Of a stretch of 32,000 bases of DNA, positions 19,352 to 28,118 are shown in pieces. This DNA comes from Candidatus Jordarchaeales archaeon (GTDB taxonomy: Archaea > Asgardarchaeota > Jordiarchaeia > Jordiarchaeales > Freyrarchaeaceae): contig JAWCFL010000007.1 of assembly GCA_038858525.1 (NCBI GenBank), positions 11,940 through 43,939 of the forward strand. The letters are read 5' to 3'. The notes beneath the pieces are model-generated. The model did not search any database and was not told the DNA's origin. It worked only from the letters and a program-made list of their open reading frames with translations. The position numbers were made by a program, and so were the translations under genes. Each line of letters begins with the position of its first letter. Positions within the stretch are counted from its first letter, which is position 1.

Positions 19352-20340
19352 TCTTCCTCCTCCCAAAAACTTTGTTGGGTATTAACTTCTCAATAATTTA
19401 TAAATTTTTACGTCGAATGTGTGATGTATAAAAGCATATAACAAATAAAAATTCTCTATTCGGTGAACCATAAGAAACCCTTTCTCGTTCCCCCCGCTTT
19501 CTTCCCCCTTTTTTGTTGCACCAGCTACTTGATGACTATCATGTTGACGGCGTTCTGCCGGCTTTATCGCGCTGAAAATGCTTCCCCCTTTCAGGGATAA
19601 ATTGCGGCGAAGAGAGCTTTCTTGTCCGTTTTTCATGACCGAACGCTATTCATCGTCTGGCAGACATCACGCAGGTCATGTCCGTACAGCCCGTCAACTT
19701 TCATGCGCAGCCGCCTCTTCAACCCCTTCCATTCTCTGTGTTTTTAGAGCAATTTTCCTCTAAGCGTGGAGCCTGTAGCAGGTAGAATAAAGAGGGCTGT
19801 CCTTTTTCTGGTTCTCCCCTTAAGCTCTCTTAAGGGGCTGGTTAACGGTAACGTTACGTTTTGTTTTTGATGGCCTTTTCATTCAAACAGGAGCCTATGT
19901 TTTCGCCCTCTTCGACTTTAGCTGAACTGCTAAAATATAAAGAGAGGGAGCATTGTTGTAAATTATGCTTGGCGCGGCGTTCCTTAATACAGATGTCCCT
20001 CCTGTTGGAGGACTCTTTTCAAGGTGTTTTGAAAAAAGCTTGGCTCAAGTGACCGAAGTTTTTATGAAGGCTAACGAGTTTCCTTTTACTGATATTGCAC
20101 TCCCCAAAAGTGAAGCTACCGCTAGTGCTGGCTCCGGACGCGGCTCATGGAGTGGTGGGAGCGTGAAAGCGCTGCTCAGGTGGTAATGCAGAGGAGTGGC
20201 AGAAGAGGAAATAGCTGAGAAACTAAGAGCAGTGTACTTCGTTAGCTGGGGCAGAAGGCCGCTTTACTGTGACACGCCTGCTCAGGAACACCGACAGAGA
20301 CGTATAAAGTACCTTTCCTTTATTCTATTCGCTGAATCCG

Positions 20341-21132
20341 TTACTCTAGTGGGATTTTCTCTCCTGGTCTTGGTGGCGTCAGCGTGAAGGCTTCCTCCAC
20401 GCTTATTACTCCCACCTGTCCCAGTATTGTTCTTTTCTTCCCTTCGTAGACTCCTTTGACTTGGTATGCCATGGCGTCCATTGTTAGGACTGCAGCCGCT
20501 ACTTGCTCCCCCGGCTTTAGTCTCTCTGTTTCCGTTGAGCGGGTACCGAAGACCAGCTTTGAGCCTGCAACGACTCGTGCGGAGATGGCTGGAGTTATAA
20601 TTGGTTGTCCGTCCTCGAGCTTAGCTATAACTTTGACCGCGTTAATCCTGTTAAACTTCTCGGCAATGTTCGGGTGTATCCTTCTCCCACCTTTCAGCAT
20701 AGGTGCAAGCATCGCCGCTAAGACATCAAGTAGTATATTAGCTTTGGACTTCGCTTTTTCAACCTGCCACACCTTTTCGATCTTAATTATTCCGGCAGCC
20801 CTCGCTCCAGTATAGGCGTTATACTTGAAGAGTGGAATCTCTGATATGAAGTCGTAATGCTCCCCCTTTCTCTCGAATCCATTGAAGATGCCCGTGGCGA
20901 CGTAGTTTTCAAGCTTCTCTGTCACAACGCAGACGCACACCTTGCACCCCTCAGTAAGGTTTCTCCTCGTTTTGAGCATCATGAACTCGCCGAAGACGAG
21001 CGTCTCCTCGTCGAATGCCCTTATGGAAATTACGGGGACGACGTTAGGTTTTCCATCCCCGCCCGCCGTAGCAAGGAACTTGCCCGCCATTTCAAGGTTG
21101 AACGCTTCAACAGCCTCGCGTGGAAGAACCAT
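20341..21132 (-). CDS. Tandem pyridoxamine-5'-phosphate-oxidase-like (split-barrel flavin-binding) protein
   Basis: Domain 1 'KFLATAGGDGKPNVVP...ETLVFGEFMMLKTRRNL'; degenerate domain 2 'GQPIITP...KLVFG...AYQVKG'. The ATG overlaps the activase stop (TAATG). Confidence 0.85.
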   Translation of the reverse strand: MVLPREAVEAFNLEMAGKFLATAGGDGKPNVVPVISIRAFDEETLVFGEFMMLKTRRNLTEGCKVCVCVVTEKLENYVATGIFNGFERKGEHYDFISEIPLFKYNAYTGARAAGIIKIEKVWQVEKAKSKANILLDVLAAMLAPMLKGGRRIHPNIAEKFNRINAVKVIAKLEDGQPIITPAISARVVAGSKLVFGTRSTETERLKPGEQVAAAVLTMDAMAYQVKGVYEGKKRTILGQVGVISVEEAFTLTPPRPGEKIPLE

Positions 21133-22061
21133 TACTTCACCTCCCTTTCAACCATCCCACTCCAAGTGACTCTTTTTACCCCCTCCTCCTCAGCTACCCT
21201 GACTAGTTTTTCCATTTCCTCCCGCTTCATGAGCCTCGCTCCCTCCAGCGGAAACCTCAACCCCAAACGCTTGTACTTTGACGTGCAAAGGTTGTTGAAT
21301 GCCAGCAGGTCGTAGCGCTCAACGGTCGGTAGCTTATCCGTTATGAAGCGAGATATAGCCCTCACGTTCTCCTCACCATCAGTCATCCCAGGTATGATTG
21401 GCGTCCTGATCCACATGCGCACCCCCTCCTCAGCCAGTTTAACCGCGTTTTCCCATATCAGCTCTGGGTCAACTCCCGTAAGCTCCCTGTGCCTTGCAGC
21501 ATCCATGAGTTTCAAGTCGTATAGGACGAGGTCAACCCATTTAAGTACCTCCTTAAACCTTTTCCATGGAGCGAAGCCGCTGGTGTCTAGGGCAACGTGG
21601 ACGCCGTGCTCCCTAATCGCCGGGAGAACCTCCATTAGGAAATCCGCCTGCAGCATGGGTTCCCCTCCCGAAAAGGTAACCCCGCCCTCCGACGTCTCGT
21701 AGAATACTCTGTCGCGCAGAACCTCCTCCACAAGTCTCTCAGCACTATACTCAACACCTATGACTTCCAGCGCACCTGTGGGGCATGCCTTTACGCATAA
21801 CCCGCACACCGTGCATTTCCCCCTGTCCACGTGAAGCCCGTCCCTATTCAGCCTGAGCGCCCCAGCACTGCACGTCTTGATGCATGCTCTCACTCCAATG
21901 CACCTTACATCATACCATACGAGCTCCGGCTTGGGGTTGATCCCTTCAGGGTTCTGGCACCAGGCACACCTGAGAGGGCACCCCTTCATGAAGACAGTCG
22001 TCCTTATTCCGGGTCCGTCTTCGGTTGAAAACCTCTGAACATTAAAGATTACTCCTCCCAA
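21132..22061 (-). CDS. Glycyl-radical enzyme activating enzyme (radical SAM) with ferredoxin-like insert
   Basis: 'FNVQRFSTEDGPGIRTTVFMKGCPLRCAWCQNPEG' (CxxxCxxC), ferredoxin insert, 'GGVTFSGGEP', 'DTSG', 'IRTPIIPG'. Confidence 0.95.
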   Translation of the reverse strand: MGGVIFNVQRFSTEDGPGIRTTVFMKGCPLRCAWCQNPEGINPKPELVWYDVRCIGVRACIKTCSAGALRLNRDGLHVDRGKCTVCGLCVKACPTGALEVIGVEYSAERLVEEVLRDRVFYETSEGGVTFSGGEPMLQADFLMEVLPAIREHGVHVALDTSGFAPWKRFKEVLKWVDLVLYDLKLMDAARHRELTGVDPELIWENAVKLAEEGVRMWIRTPIIPGMTDGEENVRAISRFITDKLPTVERYDLLAFNNLCTSKYKRLGLRFPLEGARLMKREEMEKLVRVAEEEGVKRVTWSGMVEREVK

Positions 22062-22074
22062 GGGACCCCGCTCC

Positions 22075-24441
22075 TTAGAGGCCGTGGCATGCCCTAGCTA
22101 TTATTTCCTCCTGCTGTTCTCTTCCCAGTGTTACGAAGTAAGCGTTGTATCCCGTTACTCGGACAAGGAGGTTCCTGTACTCTTCAGGCTTCCTCTGGGC
22201 CTCCCTCAGGATCTCTGGGTCTATCATGTTGACTTGCAGGCTTGTGCCTCCAACTTCGCAGCACGCTAGTAGGAATGCTGCCAGCTTCTCCAAGTGTTCC
22301 GCGTCCCTCACCATTGAGGGGCTAAGCGTTATGACTTGCGATGCTCCATTGGGCGCTGTCTCAAGCCCGAGCTTCCCAACTGATCGTATCACGGCTGTTG
22401 GCCCCTTCGTGTCCATTCCCTGAACAGGCTGGACTCCGTTCGACAAGAACCTGCCCCTAGGTCTCCCGTCTGGTGTAGCCGCTGTCTTGGGTGCGAAGTC
22501 TATGTAGTAGTTCCACGAGAGGTAGCCTCCCCTGTATCTTCTCCCAGTTGCTGGGGAAATGTGTTTGAACACTTCCTGCGTCCAGTACATCGACACCTTA
22601 CTAGCTATTTGGTCTGCGTAGTCGTCGTCGTTGCCGAACTTTGGCGCCTTGAAGAGTAGCCGCCTCTGAAGCTCCTCGAACCCTTCAAAGTTCCTCTTTA
22701 TGGCCTCCATGAGCTCCTCCATTTTTACTTCCTTCTCCTCAAAGACAAGCTTCTTGACCGCAGCTAGGCTGTCGGCGGCCGTTGCTAGCCCTACGCCCTC
22801 GACCGTTATAAAGTTGTAAATCGCTCCCCCTTGCCTCACGTCTATGCCTTTTTCAGCGCACCCGTCTACGAGAGCGGAGAGATATGGAACCGGCTCCCAG
22901 CGTGCCCTTATCGCGTCAGCCTCTGAAGCAAGCTCCAGTGTTCTCTCAATACACTTTTTGAGCTGGGCGAAGTATGCCTCCTCAAATTCCTCATAACTCT
23001 CGAAGCTTCTAGGGTCCTTGGTCTTTACTCCTATCATCTCGCCGGTTTTAAGGTCGCAGCCCATGCCGAAAACCAGCTCTACAGGCTTGGCGAGGTTTAT
23101 GTTGACATCCACGGTCCCAGACCTATCTTTCCCCTGAGCCGTGTTTTCAAGGCAACCCACAACTCCATAGTCCCAAGCTTCATCCTCTGGAATCCCCTCC
23201 CAAACCATTCCTTTTATCGCATTCTCGTCGAAGTTTATCAGGAAGGGTGAGCCCTGCGTCCGCGTCAAAACCTCGCAAACCCTGAGGAGAAACTCCCTCG
23301 AAATGTTCCTGTGTATTCTGACGTTGAGCTTCGGTTCGAGCATGTTCATTTCCTCGGCGACCTCGAGGACGAGCCAGGTGAGCTCGTTCACGGCGTCGCC
23401 CCCATCCTTTTTTATTCCGCCTATTGTTATTAGCTGGCCGAAGCCCGAGTTGATCCCTTGGTTCCCTATTTTGCCCATGTAGTCGTAAGCGTAGTTGTGC
23501 TTCACCCAGAAGCACTGGAGAAGCTCCTTCGCCATCTCCCTCGTAAGCCTACCCTTCTCTATGTCCCTCTTGTAGTATGGATACATGTACTGGTCGAGCC
23601 TCCCATGGGATAGCCCTGGTCCCGGGTAGCTCTCAGCGGCCATCACGAGCATGTGCGTGAACCAGACCGACTGCAAAGCCTCCCAGAAGGACTCGGCAGG
23701 CTCCCATGGAACCTTCCTGCATATTCTGGCTATCTCGAGTAGCTCAGCCCGCCTTCCCTCATCCTTCTCTTTTTCCGCTAGTCTTTCAGCCTCCTCAGCG
23801 TATCTCTCAGCAAACCTTTTGACGGCTTCGACAGCTATCACCATGGCCCTCACGTAGTCCTTCTTCGCCTTATCCCTGTGCTTATCCATCCAATGGAGGA
23901 GCTCGTCCCTTATCCCTCTGAACCCCTTCTCGAGAACCTTCCTGTAGTTTGGGATTATGTGTCCCGGTATGGCGCCACAGTTCATAACGCCTAAGTCGGA
24001 GAGCTTAACCATCCTTCTAAACCAGCTCTCCTCAGCCTTCCTCCACTTTTCCGCCTCCTTCTTTGTGAAGCACTTTGAGAGGGCAGTGTTGAAGTTGAAG
24101 CCGACTATTAGCTCACCGTCAAGTATCCTAACGGGGAGATACTCCTCGATCACCTTTCTAAAGAATATAGCCCTCCTGACGGGCAGGCTCTCCCTCCAGA
24201 ACTCCTCGGGGAGTTCAACTCTGACCGCTATCGTTTTGAGCGTGTCCCTCATCGCAGGGAGGAAGGGGAACAGTTCAGGAACTACTCCCCAATCATGGTA
24301 AGAAAACACTTCGTCCCACGGCGTCCCAGTAGTGTAAGCGATCACCTCGTTGGTGGGTCTCGTTTCGAATGAGAAGTACTCGCTCCTAAGCTTTCTAACC
24401 CTAGCGGAGAGCTTCTCGGAGGGAGCCCAAATTCTTATCAT
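22075..24441 (-). CDS. Glycyl radical enzyme, single-Cys (non-PFL) type, substrate unknown
   Basis: Gly loop RVTGYNAYF (Gly764, nt 22150-22152). Cys loop VVGCLEN (Cys430, nt 23152-23154; Glu432). Also 'GRLDQY', 'PKFGNDD', 'ATPDGR'. Confidence 0.95.
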   Translation of the reverse strand: MIRIWAPSEKLSARVRKLRSEYFSFETRPTNEVIAYTTGTPWDEVFSYHDWGVVPELFPFLPAMRDTLKTIAVRVELPEEFWRESLPVRRAIFFRKVIEEYLPVRILDGELIVGFNFNTALSKCFTKKEAEKWRKAEESWFRRMVKLSDLGVMNCGAIPGHIIPNYRKVLEKGFRGIRDELLHWMDKHRDKAKKDYVRAMVIAVEAVKRFAERYAEEAERLAEKEKDEGRRAELLEIARICRKVPWEPAESFWEALQSVWFTHMLVMAAESYPGPGLSHGRLDQYMYPYYKRDIEKGRLTREMAKELLQCFWVKHNYAYDYMGKIGNQGINSGFGQLITIGGIKKDGGDAVNELTWLVLEVAEEMNMLEPKLNVRIHRNISREFLLRVCEVLTRTQGSPFLINFDENAIKGMVWEGIPEDEAWDYGVVGCLENTAQGKDRSGTVDVNINLAKPVELVFGMGCDLKTGEMIGVKTKDPRSFESYEEFEEAYFAQLKKCIERTLELASEADAIRARWEPVPYLSALVDGCAEKGIDVRQGGAIYNFITVEGVGLATAADSLAAVKKLVFEEKEVKMEELMEAIKRNFEGFEELQRRLLFKAPKFGNDDDYADQIASKVSMYWTQEVFKHISPATGRRYRGGYLSWNYYIDFAPKTAATPDGRPRGRFLSNGVQPVQGMDTKGPTAVIRSVGKLGLETAPNGASQVITLSPSMVRDAEHLEKLAAFLLACCEVGGTSLQVNMIDPEILREAQRKPEEYRNLLVRVTGYNAYFVTLGREQQEEIIARACHGL

Positions 24442-24645
24442 TTAAACCACAACCAAAAGCGTGCTTATCAACGTCTAAAATTAGGGTTCACTTTGATTTT
24501 AAACGTTTTTCCAGACTGCTGCACGGGTAAAGCGGGCGAAGCAATTCCAGCGTAGACTTGTCTCGGTTACCACCTTCTTAGGTCATTAATTCGCCTTGTT
24601 TTTTCGTATCAGCCCGGTTTGGCGGCTTCGCCGACGTTTGACCGC

Positions 24646-24669
24646 AACCTTTAAGGGTGAATTACGTAA
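24646..24669 (+). promoter_or_regulatory. Putative vapBC promoter (AACCTTTAAG) with adjacent 8-bp palindrome TTACGTAA
   Basis: TATA-like box about 25 nt before ATG 24678; palindrome at 24662-24669. Confidence 0.4.
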
Positions 24670-24677
24670 AGTATTTC

Positions 24678-24911
24678 ATGGTGGTGTTCTTGTCTGTAAT
24701 TACGATCAGAGTTCCTGACGACTTGAGAAAGAGGATGCGCCGCGTGAAGGTTAACTGGAGCGAGGAGATAAGGAGGTTTATTGCTCAGCGCGTTGAGGAG
24801 GAGGAGCGTAAAGAAAACCTTGAAAGGGCCATCAAGATGCTCAGGGGGAGAAAGGGTGTCGAGAAAGGTTTCTCGGCGGCGTCTGTGAGGGAGGACCGTG
24901 AATGTGGTTGA
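24678..24911 (+). CDS. vapB: VapB-like antitoxin (RHH-type)
   Basis: 'SVITIRVPDDLRKRM...VNWSEEIRRFI', C-terminal 'VREDRE'; overlaps the downstream PIN gene. Confidence 0.8.
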   Translation: MVVFLSVITIRVPDDLRKRMRRVKVNWSEEIRRFIAQRVEEEERKENLERAIKMLRGRKGVEKGFSAASVREDRECG

Positions 24912-25290
24912 CGCCTCATCCCTCGCCAAGGTTCTTCTACAGGAGGAAGGGTGGGAAGAAGTCGACCTGACCGATAGGACGGCGACACTCGACCACGCGC
25001 TTATAGAGACTCTCAACGCCGTGTGGAAAGCTGCAATACAAGGAAGGCTGAGCGAGGAGGACGCCATGGAGAGAGTCGAGGCGTTGAAGCTCATCGGCAG
25101 CGGGCTCCTAGTCTTCAAGGCTCAAGATTACTTCAAGCGATCGATTGAGATAGCCCTAGCAGAAAAAGTCACGGTTTACGACGCAGTATACATAGCTCTC
25201 GCCGAGCAACTTGGAGCAGAACTTCAAACCTCAGACGCCAAACAGTTTCTAGCAGCTAAAAAGTATGTGAAAGCAAAACTCATAAAGTAA
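24898..25290 (+). CDS. vapC: VapC PIN-domain toxin
   Basis: 'VVDASSLAK', 'IETLNAVWK', 'TVYDAVYIALAE', 'TSD'. Confidence 0.9.
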   Translation: MNVVDASSLAKVLLQEEGWEEVDLTDRTATLDHALIETLNAVWKAAIQGRLSEEDAMERVEALKLIGSGLLVFKAQDYFKRSIEIALAEKVTVYDAVYIALAEQLGAELQTSDAKQFLAAKKYVKAKLIK

Positions 25291-25431
25291 ATGTGAAGTG
25301 CCAATTGCTGCGACGTGAAGCCAACTTGCTCCCAACTTGGGTTGTCGGCTCCCAAGTCCTTTGGAAAGGGAAATGGTCAGCAACTCTGGCTGATAGTCTC
25401 TATCTCCTAAGGCTACTGATTCTTTGGGCTC

Positions 25432-25575
25432 GGTCCATATGAGTTTTAGTTTGAGTTCTGGAAACAATTACTGGATTTTCTCGAAGTCTTCGTCTTTTGA
25501 CCATAGCTCTAAGTTGTAGGTTACGGTGTTGCCGCTATGTAGACGTCGTTTTCACTTACGCTGATCCCCCCTTCT
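25432..25575 (-). pseudogene. vapC: 3' remnant of a PIN/VapC toxin gene
   Basis: Manual translation with frameshifts and an internal stop: RRG-ISVSENDVYIAAT-VTYNLELWSKDEDFEKIQ*LFPELKLKLI, matching PIN C-terminal 'ND..IAATA...L.S.D.DF'. Confidence 0.65.
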
Positions 25576-25988
25576 CTTATTGTGTAGTGTTATCCAGCCC
25601 TTGACGAGCTCGATAACCAAGTTTATTGCTGAGTCCACGTAGTGCTTGGAGAAGCTCCAGCCGCCAGTAGTTCACGCCTAAGCCTCCTCCTATCCTCCTC
25701 GGTGAGGGTTAGGTGGGCTTTGCTTGAGAACTTCACGTGGGGGTAAGATATACTCCAACCCTCGGCTTGACCTTAAAGTAATCCTCGATTAGGCCTTTTG
25801 GAGCCTCTACTGGGCCCGTAGCCTTTGACTGCTTCCATGTTTTTCGCCCTCGCTTTTAGGGTGGTTGAGCTTGCCGGTGGGGGCTGACCGCTTTAATATC
25901 CCCCTTTCTTCTGCCACTTCCACGAGGTCTTAAATGTCGTGCCGAGCTTCTTGGCAACCTTGGAGGGACGTAGGAGTTATTCCTCCAT
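25576..25988 (-). mobile_element. tnpB: Degraded IS607-like element: tnpA HTH fragment followed by 5' part of tnpB
   Basis: From 25988: MEE*LLRPSKVAKKLGTTFKTSWKWQKKG/IKAV (MerR-like HTH typical of IS607 TnpA). From 25838: MEAVKGY/PKGLIEDYFKVK/HVKFSSKAHLTLTEEDRRRLRRELL/FSKHYVDSAINLVIELVKGWITLHN (archaeal TnpB N-terminus). Multiple frameshifts; no RuvC portion. Confidence 0.7.
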
Positions 25989-26196
25989 CAAGGTGATGGA
26001 GGAGTTAGAGCACCATTTAATTTATCTATCCAAAACTGCTAACGAGGGCAACGAAATAGCTGATAAGGGGAAATTAGAGTTTGGGATCCTGGAGCATGCA
26101 TCTCCAAGTTGACCTTTTTTTGATTGGTTGCAGAGCCTTTTTTAAACTTAGAATTTATCTAATTCATGGTGAGAAATATTCTTGGTGGGCTTAGGC

Positions 26197-26670
26197 ATGG
26201 AAGGGTTGTCGTTTGAGGAGCTTATGGGGCGTCTGGATGTGGCCTCCCGGGAGCTGAAGCGGTTTTTCGGGGGGGCTTACGCTGGGCTGATGCTTTTCGG
26301 AAGTTGGGCTAGGGGTGAGGCTGGGGAGAAGAGTGACGTCGACGTCCTCGTAGTGTTAAGGGGGGCTGAAGGGTTAAGGGTTAGGGGTGAAGTCTACAGG
26401 GTTTTGGCTAGGCATGTTGGAAGGCCTCTTACTCTAGTGGACGTCGAGCTGAGTGAGGTTTCAAGGGATAACTTTGAGGTTACGCCTCTGCTTCTCAACG
26501 CGCTCTATGATGGTGTGGTGGTCTACGATGAGTTTGGAGTTCTTGGGGCGCTTAAGCAGAAGACCGCCAAACTAGTCAAAAAAGCGCGCCTAACAAGGTA
26601 CAGGACGCCAGACGGGAAGTACGGGTGGAGGAGGGTTGACGGAAAACCCTTGGAGGCTGTGGAGGTTTGA
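26197..26670 (+). CDS. mntA: MNT nucleotidyltransferase
   Basis: GS-x10-DxD (FGSWARGEAGEKSDVD); overlaps the downstream HEPN gene by 4 nt. Alternative start 26182. Confidence 0.88.
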   Translation: MEGLSFEELMGRLDVASRELKRFFGGAYAGLMLFGSWARGEAGEKSDVDVLVVLRGAEGLRVRGEVYRVLARHVGRPLTLVDVELSEVSRDNFEVTPLLLNALYDGVVVYDEFGVLGALKQKTAKLVKKARLTRYRTPDGKYGWRRVDGKPLEAVEV

Positions 26671-27095
26671 AGTTTAACCCAGCCAACGAGGTGTCCTACA
26701 GAGCTAGGCTCGCCGCCCGCTACTTGGAGGAGGCAGAGGATGCGCTCAGGCGGCGAGATTACAGGGGGGCTGTAGCTTCATCTCAGCTTTCCACTGAAAA
26801 CTCGGCTAAGGCTGTCATCGCCTTGTTTAGTATACCCAGCTGGAGCCATGACCCTTCCCACGAGCTTCTCGAGGTCCTACACATGTTGCCAGAAAACATG
26901 AGGAGACTGGCTGAAGAGCTCGCGGAAATTGCAAGGCAGCTTGCCCCCGAGCATGGAAGAACCACGTATGGTGAACCCGTAAAGAGACTTACACCATGGG
27001 ACATCTACGATGAGGAAAGCGCTTCAGAAGCCCTTTCAAAGGCCACCAGAGCCCAAGAAATAATGAACATGATACTTAGCAAGATGAGGACATAA
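26667..27095 (+). CDS. hepT: HEPN domain protein
   Basis: 'YLEEAEDAL...AVASSQLSTENSAKAVI', 'PSWSHDP', 'TYGEP...PWDIY'. Confidence 0.85.
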   Translation: MKFNPANEVSYRARLAARYLEEAEDALRRRDYRGAVASSQLSTENSAKAVIALFSIPSWSHDPSHELLEVLHMLPENMRRLAEELAEIARQLAPEHGRTTYGEPVKRLTPWDIYDEESASEALSKATRAQEIMNMILSKMRT

Positions 27096-27455
27096 ACCCT
27101 GCGAAGAAGACCTGTCTGAATCTTCGTTGGGCCCCTCGGCGGCACTTACTTCATCCACTAAACTGAAGCTTAGCATGCACGAGGAGCCCAGCTCAAAAAC
27201 AGCTTTCTCCGGTCATCCTATCAGATTTTATGTTTCCAACTAAACCTTTGCCAGCGGTGGTTTCCCTCGCATCTCCAAAGGGACGAGGAATTGTAACAGT
27301 GCTCCCTCCATACCCCCTAGTCATATCAAAGATGTTTCTGTTCTCCCATTTAATCTTCCGCTTCGTGCGCCTCGGCTCCCTGTTTCACCCTCGCTTTCTT
27401 CGACACTTGACTGCCTCGACGCATATAACCTTCTCTTCTTCTCTCAAGTTTCCCT

Positions 27456-27866
27456 TTAGAGCTGTGTTCCCCTTAGCTTTTCTACAAGCTCTGATGTTTT
27501 GATGGCGCCTCGCTTGAGTAAGTCTGCATCCTCCGAGACCAATATTAGCTTTTCCACCCTGCTGACGTAGATATATGCGGCGTCGTAGAACGTCAGTTTC
27601 TCCTCGACGGCTAACTCTACAACTCTTGTCCAGCTGTCCCGGACGTCTAATAGCTTGATGCTCTTGAGGAACTCGTGGAGGAGCTGCGCTACTGGCTCCA
27701 CCCTCCTCACCCTTCCTGTTAGGGCCTCTTTCCAAAGGGCGTTTCCCACCTCGTAGGGCGTAAGGGTTAAAGCTACCAGCCTACTAACATGGTCAAAAAC
27801 CTCATGCCCCAACTGGAGTATTAGGGGGAGAAGAGCTGATGCATCCAGCAAGTACTCTGCCACCAC
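27456..27866 (-). CDS. vapC: VapC PIN-domain toxin
   Basis: 'YLLDASAL', 'YEVGNALWK', 'LTFYDAAYI', 'LVSED'. Confidence 0.9.
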   Translation of the reverse strand: MVAEYLLDASALLPLILQLGHEVFDHVSRLVALTLTPYEVGNALWKEALTGRVRRVEPVAQLLHEFLKSIKLLDVRDSWTRVVELAVEEKLTFYDAAYIYVSRVEKLILVSEDADLLKRGAIKTSELVEKLRGTQL

Positions 27867-27867
27867 A

Positions 27868-28098
27868 TCACCTCTTATCCCTAGACTCCCTTACCGCCCT
27901 CGCCCAGTCCTCAGCGGTGAAGTCGATGTTCCTCAGAGCCTCTTCGAGCAGCCTCTTAAGCTTCTCCTTCTTCACTCTCCTGACTTCACTCTCGATCGCC
28001 TTCTCGACCACGCTCCTCAAGTCTATCCCAAGTTTCTCTGCTTCCTCCTTAAGCTCGCGCTTAACCCTGACGGACACAACGGAAGTAGCCAGGACCAC
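27868..28098 (-). CDS. vapB: VapB/CcdA-like antitoxin
   Basis: 'TSVVSVRVKRELKEEAEKLGIDLRSVVEKAIE', C-terminal 'WARAVRESRD'; stop is 1 nt before vapC. Start uncertain (GTG 28101/28098, possibly CTG 28092). Confidence 0.82.
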   Translation of the reverse strand: MVLATSVVSVRVKRELKEEAEKLGIDLRSVVEKAIESEVRRVKKEKLKRLLEEALRNIDFTAEDWARAVRESRDKR

Positions 28099-28118
28099 CA
28101 CCTCTCCGAAAAGTAGAG

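Noticed and set aside
19560-19760. Minus-strand frame with 'GLYGHDLRDVCQ', resembling the tyrosine-recombinase HxLR motif
   Set aside because: A four-residue match flanked by stops, with no other integrase motifs and no att or tRNA site nearby.
22075-24441. Annotation of the GRE as pyruvate formate-lyase
   Set aside because: It lacks the adjacent Cys-Cys pair, and the activase has the ferredoxin insert that PFL-AE lacks.
27100-27450. Possible HicA-like or other small gene remnant after vapC ('GGSTVTIPRP')
   Set aside because: No HicA GSH motif, interrupted frames and no clear start. Insufficient evidence.
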